This document shows, one piece after another, positions 8,983-16,801 of a DNA stretch of 64,000 nucleotides (positions within the stretch are counted from its first letter, which is position 1; the number at the start of each line of letters is the position of its first letter). Where the stretch lies: positions 76,677 through 140,676 of the forward strand of contig JADJHP010000003.1 in assembly GCA_016707525.1 (NCBI GenBank), read 5' to 3'. A model generated the notes under the pieces. It was given only the letters and a program-made list of their open reading frames with translations. It made no database searches and was not told where the DNA came from. Both the position numbers and the translations under genes were made by a program. Source of the stretch: Ignavibacteriota bacterium (GTDB lineage Bacteria; Bacteroidota; Ignavibacteria; UBA10030; UBA6906).

Positions 8983-10255
8983 GTGATTCGTTCTTTGTCA
9001 GGCCGAACAATTCACGGAGCACTTTGATGCGCTGCAGCGTATCAGGCCCGTGGCTTCCGTTCTCCGCCCCTTGCTTCAGCGTCGTCAACGGTTGGTGCAG
9101 GATCTTGTTCACGATGCGTTTCGTGAGCATCTCCACCAGCTCGCGGTCCTCAGGCGTGAACCTGTTGATATTCTTGTGCACTTCCTCGGCACGGATCGCT
9201 TCGAGGGTGGTACGGAAATCCTGGATCGTGGGTGCGACCTGCAGCGACTTGTGCCACCGGAGGAACTCCGCCATCTCCTCGCGCACGATGCGCGTGACCG
9301 CGGGCATTTCCGCCGTCCGCTTCTGCAGGTTCCGGTCCACGATCGCGCTGAGCGCGTCGATGTCGTACAGGAACACGTTCTCGATGCGACGTGCGGCCGG
9401 GTCGACGTTGCGCGGCACGCCGATGTCAATGATGAAGAGCGGGTTGTTCCCGCGGCGGCGCATCACCTTCTGGACATCCTCCGGCCCGACGACGTAGGTC
9501 GGGCTGTTCACGGACGTGATGACGATGTCCGCGACGCGGAGCCCCTCCGCCATCTGCTCGTAGTCCACCACTTCGCCGCCGAGTTCGGCGACAAGCGCCT
9601 CGGCGCGGGCACGGGTCCTGTTAGCAACACGGACGGTCCCGATCCCCTTCCCTACCATGTGCTTCAGTGTCAGCTCGCCCGTCTCGCCGGCACCGATCAG
9701 CAGGACCGACTTCCGGGAGAGGTCGGCGAAGATCTTGCTGGCAAGTTCCACGGCCGCATAGCTCACCGACACCGCGCCCTCGCAGATCGACGTCTCGGTG
9801 CGGACCCGTTTCCCCACATGCAGGCTTGCCTGCATGAGCCGGTTCATCACGGGGCCCAGGGCGCCGGCATCGCGCGCGAGCTGGAACGCTTCCTTGACCT
9901 GATTCAGGATCTGGATATCGCCGATGACCATCGAATCGACGCCCGCCGCCACCTTGTAGAGGTGGTTCAGCACGGCACCGTCACGCCATGCGGTGAAATG
10001 CTCGGGGCGCACGGATCCATCGGCATGCTTGAGGTCGAGGAGCGTGGCGATCACATCGGTGTGATGGAGAGAGGCGTCGCGCGGGACACCATACAGCTCC
10101 GTGCGGTTGCAGGTGGAGACCAGCATGCACTCGTCAAAGAACCGTTCCTTCAACAGCGTCACAGCCTGCCGGGCTTCGTCGGTCGAGAGCCACATCCGTT
10201 CACGCACTTCCACCGCGGCGGTGTGGTGACTGATACCGATGGAAAAGAGATTCAT
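8972..10255 (-). CDS. hemA: glutamyl-tRNA reductase
   Basis: 427 aa; STCNRTELY catalytic Cys motif, NADPH-binding GAGETG. Confidence 0.9.
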   Translation of the reverse strand: MNLFSIGISHHTAAVEVRERMWLSTDEARQAVTLLKERFFDECMLVSTCNRTELYGVPRDASLHHTDVIATLLDLKHADGSVRPEHFTAWRDGAVLNHLYKVAAGVDSMVIGDIQILNQVKEAFQLARDAGALGPVMNRLMQASLHVGKRVRTETSICEGAVSVSYAAVELASKIFADLSRKSVLLIGAGETGELTLKHMVGKGIGTVRVANRTRARAEALVAELGGEVVDYEQMAEGLRVADIVITSVNSPTYVVGPEDVQKVMRRRGNNPLFIIDIGVPRNVDPAARRIENVFLYDIDALSAIVDRNLQKRTAEMPAVTRIVREEMAEFLRWHKSLQVAPTIQDFRTTLEAIRAEEVHKNINRFTPEDRELVEMLTKRIVNKILHQPLTTLKQGAENGSHGPDTLQRIKVLRELFGLTKNESHGD

Positions 10256-10273
10256 CCTACCCGCACGGCCCGT

Positions 10274-11104
10274 CTAGTGAAACGTGTGAAAGCTGCTGAG
10301 AAAGAGATTGATCACCATCATGGAGATGAACACGAACAGGAATCCGACCAGCGACACGATCATCGTCTTGCGCCCCTGCCACCCTCCGCGGCGCTTTGCC
10401 GTCAGGGCCAGGGCATACAGGCACCAGATCGCGATCGTACCGATGAGTTTCGGATCGAAATACGAGATATCCTTGAAGACGATCGGCAGCCAGACCACCC
10501 CGACAAGGATGGCGATGGTCAGCATCACGAACCCGAAAGCCTCCGAACGGTGGCTCATCGTCTCCAGGGTCTCCAGGTTCGGGAGCCGGCTGTAGACGAT
10601 GCCGAAACGGCTGGACTTGATCTCGTGATACAGCATCAGATACAACAGGCCGTAGACCGCGGAGATGGAGAGTGCGGTGTACCCGAGGATCGCTGCGGAC
10701 ACATGGAAGCCGAGCAGCCGGCTGTGCAGGTAGTCCGGGATCACCAGGAGGTCCCGGATGAACAACGACGAGATCGTCTGGAAGATGAACGCCAGCGTCA
10801 GGACGAACAACCCTGTATTGTGCACCCGCGTACGGAATTCGAGGTACAGGTACGCACCGCCGATGGAGGCGGCGAGCAGCGTCATGATCTCGAACAAGGA
10901 CGTGATCGGCGGATGGTCGAAGAGCACCGTCCTCGCACCCAGGAACACCAGGTGGAGGACGATGATCACGATCAGCGCCGGATGCTTGATCCTCTCAAGC
11001 ACGGGTGCACTCCTGAAGAACGTGATGCCATACACGGCCACGAGTGCAGCGTACAGCACCGGCAGGAGCACCTGCAGGGCATCAACGATAAGGCGGACAT
11101 CCAT
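10274..11104 (-). CDS. cytochrome c assembly protein family (HemX/CcsA-like) integral membrane protein heading the hem operon
   Basis: 276 aa, ~8 TM helices; position immediately upstream of hemA mirrors Bacillus hemX and FCB-group arrangements. Confidence 0.6.
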   Translation of the reverse strand: MDVRLIVDALQVLLPVLYAALVAVYGITFFRSAPVLERIKHPALIVIIVLHLVFLGARTVLFDHPPITSLFEIMTLLAASIGGAYLYLEFRTRVHNTGLFVLTLAFIFQTISSLFIRDLLVIPDYLHSRLLGFHVSAAILGYTALSISAVYGLLYLMLYHEIKSSRFGIVYSRLPNLETLETMSHRSEAFGFVMLTIAILVGVVWLPIVFKDISYFDPKLIGTIAIWCLYALALTAKRRGGWQGRKTMIVSLVGFLFVFISMMVINLFLSSFHTFH

Positions 11105-11153
11105 AGTATTTAAATATACGTATTTGGCGATTGAAAATGAAACCGCGGACCGG
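11105..11153 (-). promoter_or_regulatory. candidate promoter of the hem operon: ACGTATATT -10 element 8 nt upstream of the ATG (near-leaderless geometry)
   Basis: Minus strand reads ...TTTCATTTTCAATCGCCAAATACGTATATTtaaatactATG. Same ACGTATATT-N8-ATG arrangement as the trp leader promoter. Confidence 0.4.
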
Positions 11154-13046
11154 TCACTCTTCCAGCGTCGTGAGGTCCTTCGGATCCTGCCCGAGTGCCC
11201 TCGCCTTCAACACGCGGCGCATGATCTTCCCGCTCCGCGTCTTCGGCAGCACATCCATGAACTGAATGCTGTCCGGCTTGGCGATGGGGCCCATCTCGTG
11301 CGCCACATGTGCACGCAACTCATCGATCAGCTTGTCCGTCTTCTCGATGCCGGACTTCACCGTGACGTACGTATGGATGGCATTCCCCTTCACCTCATGG
11401 GGGAGCCCGATCGCTGCGGCTTCGGCGACGGCCGGATGGCTCACGAGCGCGCTCTCGATCTCGGCGGTGCCCAGGCGGTACCCCGATACCTTGATCACAT
11501 CGTCCACACGGCCGATCACCCAGTAGTATCCGTCCTCGTCACGGCGCGCGGAGTCGCCCGTCATGTACACGCCGGGGAACTTGGTCCAGTATTGCGCTTT
11601 GTACCGTTCGGGGTCCTTGTAGATCGTCCGCATCATGGCCGGCCACGGGGTCTTGATGATCAGGAACCCCTCCTCATTCGCACCGACCGGGGTCCCCTCT
11701 TCATTCACGATATCCATCTTCACCCCGGGGAACGGGCGCGTGCCTGAACCAGGCTTCAGCGCCACAGACGGCATCGGCGTGATCATGAACATCCCGGTCT
11801 CCGTCTGCCACCAGGTATCCATGATCGGACATTTCCCCTTGCCGATCACCCGGTGGTACCATTTCCACGCTTCGGGGTTGATGGGTTCACCGACGGAGCC
11901 CAGCAGGCGGAGCGACGACAGGTCGTGCCGGTTCGGCCAGTTCTCTCCGAATCGCATGAGTCCGCGGATCGCCGTGGGCGCCGTATACAGGATGTTGATC
12001 CCGTACTTCTCCACCATCGACCACCACCTGTTCGGATACGGATAGGTGGGTGCTCCTTCATACATGAAGGACGTGGTGCCGTTCAGCAGCGGGCCATACA
12101 CGATGTAGCTGTGGCCCGTGATCCATCCCGGATCCGCGGCACACCAATACCTGTCCTCCTCATGGATATCGAAGACGTACTTGAGAGTGGTGTATGTCCC
12201 CACCATGTACCCGCCATGCGTGTGGAGGATCGCCTTGGGTTTGCCGGTGGTGCCTGACGTGTACAACATGAACAGCGGGTCTTCGGCGTCCATCACTTCG
12301 ATATGGCAACCGCCGCCGGCGATCGGGAGCGCCATCAACTCGTGATACCACATGTCGCGCCCGGATTCCATGTTCACCGGCTCACCGGTGCGCTTCACCA
12401 CGAGCACGCTTTCCACCGTTGCCGCACGCTGGAGTGCTTCATCGGCGATCGCCTTCAGTGGCACGACCTTGCCGCGCTGGTAGGACCCGTCCGACACGAT
12501 CAGCACCTTGGACTGGCTGTCCTCGAGGCGCTCGTGGAGCGCTTCCACCGTGAACCCGCCATACACCACCGAGTGGATCGCCCCGATACGCGCACATGCC
12601 AGCATACCGATCACGAGTTCCGGGATGCGGCCCATGTACAGCGTGACACGGTCGCCCTTCTGCACGCCCAGGCTCCGCAGCACGTTCGCAAAGCGGCAGG
12701 TGTCGCGACGGAGCGCGAAGTAGCTGAACGACTTGAAATCGCCGTTCTCTCCTTCCCACATGAGTGCCAGTTTGTTGCGCCGGGCTGTTTCGGTGTGGCG
12801 ATCGAGACAGTTGTAGACGATGTTCGTCTTGCCACCCGTGAACCATTTGTAGAACGGCGGATTGGTGTCGTCGAGCACCCTGTCCCAGTGTTCGAACCAG
12901 TGCAGTTCATTCGCCTCCTTCGCCCAGAAGCCTTCGAGATCGCGCTCGGCGTCGGCCGCGAGCTTGTTCCAGTCAGGGACATGCGCGTGGCGGACCACGT
13001 CAGCGGATGGATAGAACACTTCACCGGACATGTGTGTGTCTGGCAT
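11154..13046 (-). CDS. acs: acetyl-coenzyme A synthetase (acetate--CoA ligase)
   Basis: 630 aa; full-length match to Acs (AMP-binding motif YTSGTTGKPKG, conserved C-terminal SGKIMRR). Confidence 0.9.
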   Translation of the reverse strand: MPDTHMSGEVFYPSADVVRHAHVPDWNKLAADAERDLEGFWAKEANELHWFEHWDRVLDDTNPPFYKWFTGGKTNIVYNCLDRHTETARRNKLALMWEGENGDFKSFSYFALRRDTCRFANVLRSLGVQKGDRVTLYMGRIPELVIGMLACARIGAIHSVVYGGFTVEALHERLEDSQSKVLIVSDGSYQRGKVVPLKAIADEALQRAATVESVLVVKRTGEPVNMESGRDMWYHELMALPIAGGGCHIEVMDAEDPLFMLYTSGTTGKPKAILHTHGGYMVGTYTTLKYVFDIHEEDRYWCAADPGWITGHSYIVYGPLLNGTTSFMYEGAPTYPYPNRWWSMVEKYGINILYTAPTAIRGLMRFGENWPNRHDLSSLRLLGSVGEPINPEAWKWYHRVIGKGKCPIMDTWWQTETGMFMITPMPSVALKPGSGTRPFPGVKMDIVNEEGTPVGANEEGFLIIKTPWPAMMRTIYKDPERYKAQYWTKFPGVYMTGDSARRDEDGYYWVIGRVDDVIKVSGYRLGTAEIESALVSHPAVAEAAAIGLPHEVKGNAIHTYVTVKSGIEKTDKLIDELRAHVAHEMGPIAKPDSIQFMDVLPKTRSGKIMRRVLKARALGQDPKDLTTLEE

Positions 13047-13079
13047 GACGCTCTCCTGGGTGGTTGGGTTGAGTGATCG

Positions 13080-14654
13080 TTACATGGAAAGGCTAAAACT
13101 GCCGGGTCCCCCGACCACGGTCAGCATCGGCTCGAACATCGCATTCGCTTCCTGGCACTCCACGACCACCTGCGCAAACCGCGTGAAGCGGCCGGCAGGG
13201 ACCTCGAAGGCGGCTTTCAGGATAGGCTTCCAGTCCTCGGATGACCCGCTGCCCAGGCCCACCATCGACTCGACCGTATGGGTGTCCGATGCACCGGCAA
13301 GCCGCTGCAGGATCGATTCCGCAAGTTTCTTTTCGCGATTGAGAAGGCGTTCCAGCGTCTTGATATCCGTCTTCCTGGTGGCCGCGGAGACGCGCGCCCG
13401 TTCGGAGTCGTGCCGCCCTCCCCGCGACGGCGATGTCTCTGCGGGAAGCATCCGCTGGACATGGGCATCGAGGACGAAGGCATGCACGCGCCACGTGCTG
13501 AGCGTGGAAAGCCCGACCAGGATCTCGAACAATGCATCGCGCCGGAGATCGACGCGGCGCAGAAGATCGTTCCGGCCGAACACCACGGTGCCCGGTTCAG
13601 CGGGAAGGACGAGTGACCGCAGCCGCAGCGTATTCACCAGGGATTCGTGAACGTTGCGGTGTCTGATGGATTCCTGCTTGCCCAGAAGCAACATGCCTGT
13701 CCTGCTCACACTTGCTTCCTGGTTCTTCAGCGTGCTGAGGAAGAACCTCATGCCGGCATGATCGAAGGCAAAGATCTCGCTGCCGCGCTCCACACCGTCG
13801 ACGCCGACGCCGAAGGCGTGCGGGGATGGCGTATCCTGCAGAGAGATCAACCCGGCCGCAAGAACGAAGGCGGTCTGCTCATCGAATGCAATGCGCACAC
13901 GCACTGACGGCGTATGCAGCGGCGATGGGGGATCGGGGACGTATGGCTCAGCCGGTGCGGGCGCAGGCGCAGGCTGATGCGGCGGAACGAACGGCGCCGG
14001 TGCTTCCACCGGAATTCGGGGCGCAGCAACCTGAGAAACCGCGGGCCGCTTCGGTTCGGGAACAGATGATGGTGGCACCGGTGGGGTGACCGGTACAGGC
14101 CGGGAGAGTTCAACCGGCGGATGCGGAACAGCTACAGGACGTGACGCCTCAACCGGTGGTTTCGGAACAGCGAGGGCGGAGGCCTCAACCGGCGGTTTCG
14201 GAAAGCGACGAGGACGTGACGCCTCAACCGGTGGTTTCGGAACGGCCACAGGCCGTACCTGTGGCGCCGCTGGATCGGAAGCCTCGATGCGCCGGGGTGT
14301 TGGAGCCACGACCGACGTGGGAGCGTCGGGGGTGACCTCCGGAACAGGCCGCGGAGCCGGCGGTGCAGAAGCAGGGACAGGAATTTCGGGAACCGGAAAA
14401 GGCTTCCGCAGCGGCTCCTCTTTCAGCGGGGGCGGAGGAGGTGTAGAAAACAGCGCGGGCTTCTGGTGGACCGGCGGAGGAGGCGGAGCGGCGCCTTCCG
14501 CGGCAAGTCGTTCCACTTCGCCGACCATCCTGCGGACGACCGCATCAGCTTCCTCTGCCGGCACCCCACCGAGGGATGTGCGGAGGGCAGAGCTCCTGGC
14601 AAGTGCTCCCAGGAGTTCACCGAGGAGTGCGGCACCCATGATGTCTTTCATCAC
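13080..14654 (-). CDS. proline-rich tandem-repeat protein with a C-terminal globular domain (possibly GvpL/GvpF-like)
   Basis: 524 aa; central ~200-aa Pro-rich region with 13-aa repeats (VPKPPVEASRP...); C-terminal 250 aa shows a GvpF-like pattern (IRHRNVHESLVNTL...LPAEPGTVVFG). Divergent from the ECF sigma gene. Confidence 0.5.
   Translation of the reverse strand: MMKDIMGAALLGELLGALARSSALRTSLGGVPAEEADAVVRRMVGEVERLAAEGAAPPPPPVHQKPALFSTPPPPPLKEEPLRKPFPVPEIPVPASAPPAPRPVPEVTPDAPTSVVAPTPRRIEASDPAAPQVRPVAVPKPPVEASRPRRFPKPPVEASALAVPKPPVEASRPVAVPHPPVELSRPVPVTPPVPPSSVPEPKRPAVSQVAAPRIPVEAPAPFVPPHQPAPAPAPAEPYVPDPPSPLHTPSVRVRIAFDEQTAFVLAAGLISLQDTPSPHAFGVGVDGVERGSEIFAFDHAGMRFFLSTLKNQEASVSRTGMLLLGKQESIRHRNVHESLVNTLRLRSLVLPAEPGTVVFGRNDLLRRVDLRRDALFEILVGLSTLSTWRVHAFVLDAHVQRMLPAETSPSRGGRHDSERARVSAATRKTDIKTLERLLNREKKLAESILQRLAGASDTHTVESMVGLGSGSSEDWKPILKAAFEVPAGRFTRFAQVVVECQEANAMFEPMLTVVGGPGSFSLSM
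14108..14259. repeat. imperfect tandem DNA repeat, ~4 copies of a 36-39-bp unit (GCCTCAACCGG[C/T]GGTTTCGGAAC...)
   Basis: Read directly; encodes the PKPPVEASRPV peptide repeats of the Pro-rich protein. Confidence 0.75.
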
Positions 14655-14807
14655 GCCCCTTCGTTCAGACCGGTGTATTTCATAGAACGCCTCTCAGACG
14701 AAGATACATATTGCGGGCGAAAACATCAAACTTGCGAGTGGTTTCAGGTTTTGGTACGTTAGTGAAACATTCCCTGACTCTTCTTCCTCCGAAAGAGCAT
14801 CTTACAA

Positions 14808-15431
14808 GTGACACAGCGATCTCCCCGGCTGTTGCCGGACGACGAGCTTATCGGGCTGGCCCGCGGGGGCGACGCGCGGGCATTCACGGAGCTCGTGAAG
14901 CGCTACGAGGACACGGTGTATCGGTTCTCGTACAAGATCTGCCGGGACAGCGAGGCGGCATCGGAGACCCTTCAGGACACGTTCATCAATGTGTACCGCA
15001 AATTGAACAGTTTTGACGGGAAATCCAAGTTCTCGACCTGGCTGTACACGATCGTGACCAATAATTGTCTGATGAAGCGCCGGAAGCGGAAGAGCGATCT
15101 GATGGAAGAGTCCCTCGAGGCCTACGATCATCCCCCCGGCCAGTCCGGCGGCACGCCACGGCAGAAACCGGTACACACACCGGAGACGCCGGCGGATGTC
15201 GTGATCGGGCGTGAACTCAAGACCTTGCTCGAAGATGCCATGGCAAAGCTTCCTGAAGAATATCGTGTGGTCTTCACCATGCGGGATGTCGAGGGGCGAT
15301 CCACGGAGGAAACCGCCGGGGTGCTCGGACTGTCGGTGGAAGCCACCAAGTCGCGCCTTCGCCGTGCACGGGCGTTCCTCCGCGACCAACTGCAGCCACA
15401 CCTGACGGCACATCCGGAGATCCTGACATGA
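14808..15431 (+). CDS. RNA polymerase ECF-type sigma factor (sigma-70 family)
   Basis: 207 aa; sigma region 2 (DTFINVYRKLNSFDGKSKFSTWLYTIVTN) and region 4 HTH; GTG start. Confidence 0.85.
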   Translation: MTQRSPRLLPDDELIGLARGGDARAFTELVKRYEDTVYRFSYKICRDSEAASETLQDTFINVYRKLNSFDGKSKFSTWLYTIVTNNCLMKRRKRKSDLMEESLEAYDHPPGQSGGTPRQKPVHTPETPADVVIGRELKTLLEDAMAKLPEEYRVVFTMRDVEGRSTEETAGVLGLSVEATKSRLRRARAFLRDQLQPHLTAHPEILT

Positions 15432-15703
15432 AGTGCGGGGACGTGTATCTCCATATATGTGACCACCTCGACGAGGACATCAATTCCGAGCGTTGCCGCC
15501 AGATCAAGCAGCACCTTGCAGAATGCCCGAATTGCAGCGAATACCTGAGCTCGCTCAAGCAAACGATCACGTTGTACCGTGCCCTCCCCCCTCCGCGCAT
15601 TCCGGCAGGAGCGCATCGCGACCTGTTCAAGACGATCTCATCGCTTACGGCAGAAGCGGCACCGGGGGCATCAAAACGCGGACGGAAAGCGAAGCGGGCC
15701 TGA
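15428..15703 (+). CDS. zinc-finger (ZAS, HX3CX2C) anti-sigma factor, soluble RsrA-like
   Basis: 91 aa, no TM segment; upstream Cys (C11) plus HLAECPNC = H-x3-C-x2-C; start overlaps the sigma stop (ATGA). Confidence 0.7.
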   Translation: MKCGDVYLHICDHLDEDINSERCRQIKQHLAECPNCSEYLSSLKQTITLYRALPPPRIPAGAHRDLFKTISSLTAEAAPGASKRGRKAKRA

Positions 15704-15778
15704 CCCTTCCGGCCCCCACCGTGCATCCTATGGACACAATTCGGGGGTCCCGTCCACACAGTACAGGAGTTTGATCGC

Positions 15779-15991
15779 ATGACAAAGAACGTAGGTCCGG
15801 CTGACCGGATCGTCCGCACCCTGCTCGCCATCGTCCTTGGCATTTTGATCTTCACCGGCGAAGTGACCGGCACGCTTGCTATCGTCCTCGGTGTCCTGGC
15901 TGTCGTTCTGCTCGCGACAAGCGCCGTGAGTTTCTGCCCGCTGTACACCATCGGGAAGATCTCCACCGCAAAGGACGGGGCGAAGAAGTAA
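15779..15991 (+). CDS. DUF2892 (YgaP-like) small membrane protein
   Basis: 70 aa; GPADRIVRTLLAIVLG ... FCPLY motif characteristic of DUF2892. Confidence 0.7.
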   Translation: MTKNVGPADRIVRTLLAIVLGILIFTGEVTGTLAIVLGVLAVVLLATSAVSFCPLYTIGKISTAKDGAKK

Positions 15992-16224
15992 TGGGTCCGT
16001 CGTCCGGGAGTCCGATCTCCGGTTCGATGCAGGTCGAGGAGTTGTTGGAACGATATCCGATGGCAACGGGACTTCTGCTACAGCACGGGGTCCCCTGTCT
16101 CGTGTGCGGTGAACCGGTGTGGGGCACGCTCGGCGAGGTTCTGGGAAGCCATGGCAAGAAGCCGGAGGAGGCCGCCGCGATCGTGCAGGAACTCAAGAAG
16201 GAGCTGGAGGTGAAACCCCTATGA
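15991..16224 (+). CDS. DUF1858 domain protein (small CxxC redox-type protein)
   Basis: 77 aa (or 65 aa from MQVEELLERYP); ...LLQHGVPCLVCGE...LGEVLGSHGKKPEEAAAIVQEL matches the DUF1858 fold pattern; TAATG stop/start overlap with the upstream gene. Confidence 0.6.
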   Translation: MGPSSGSPISGSMQVEELLERYPMATGLLLQHGVPCLVCGEPVWGTLGEVLGSHGKKPEEAAAIVQELKKELEVKPL

Positions 16225-16403
16225 TGCGTAGCATATGGTTCAAACGCGCGGCTGCGGTGCTGCTTGGCAGTGCCGGCGGCTTCGCGTACTATTATTTCAT
16301 CGGGTGTGCGAGCGGAACATGTCCGATAACGTCCAGCCCGTACATCAGCACGGGATACGGGGCGTTGATCGGCGTGATACTCACAACAGGACGGAAGTCA
16401 TGA
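16221..16403 (+). CDS. DUF6132 family small membrane protein
   Basis: MMRSIWFKRAAAVLLGSAGGFAYYYFIGCASGTCPITSSPYISTGYGALIGVILTTGRKS; ORF-track ORF 16119..16403 trimmed to the ATG that overlaps the upstream TGA (ATGA). Confidence 0.6.
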   Translation: MMRSIWFKRAAAVLLGSAGGFAYYYFIGCASGTCPITSSPYISTGYGALIGVILTTGRKS

Positions 16404-16789
16404 CGACCATCGGGGTGGTGCTCGGGATCTTCGCCTCGCTGCTGATCATACTGCAGCTCGTGATCGTGATCAATGCGAAGAAACGGAGAGGGCGCCGTAT
16501 CCTCGGCGTGGGTGGGCCACTCGGTGAGGCGGTCAATTCGGGCGACCGCGTTCTTGCCTATTTCTACTCTCCGACCTGCTCGGAGTGCAAGACCCAGACG
16601 CCGATCATCGACATCCTTCAGCGCGAATACCCCAATGTGTACAAGGTCGACGTTGCGGAGCATTTCGAAGCCGCGCGGGCATTCGGTGTGATGGCGACGC
16701 CGACGACCGTCCTCGTTGACCAGAGCAAGATCGTCGACGTCTTCGTCGGCACCCGCAGTGAAGCGGTCCTCCGGGAAGCACTGCTGTAA
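16400..16789 (+). CDS. membrane-anchored thioredoxin-fold protein (CSEC active site)
   Basis: ORF 16235..16789 trimmed to MTTIGVV (ATG 16400, overlaps the upstream stop); N-terminal TM helix, then thioredoxin fold with FYSPTCSECK. Confidence 0.7.
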   Translation: MTTIGVVLGIFASLLIILQLVIVINAKKRRGRRILGVGGPLGEAVNSGDRVLAYFYSPTCSECKTQTPIIDILQREYPNVYKVDVAEHFEAARAFGVMATPTTVLVDQSKIVDVFVGTRSEAVLREALL

Positions 16790-16801
16790 CACTCTCCTGT
16801 C

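Noticed and set aside
14655-14807. Attempt to define the ECF sigma promoter in the divergent spacer
   Set aside because: Several GTTTCA/GAAAC-like elements are present, but I could not identify a convincing -35/-10 ECF pair without a genome-wide motif comparison.
16605-16801. 3' extension of the permease ORF overlapping the thioredoxin gene
   Set aside because: Caused by reading through the frameshift; the real C-terminus is in ORF 16802..16984.
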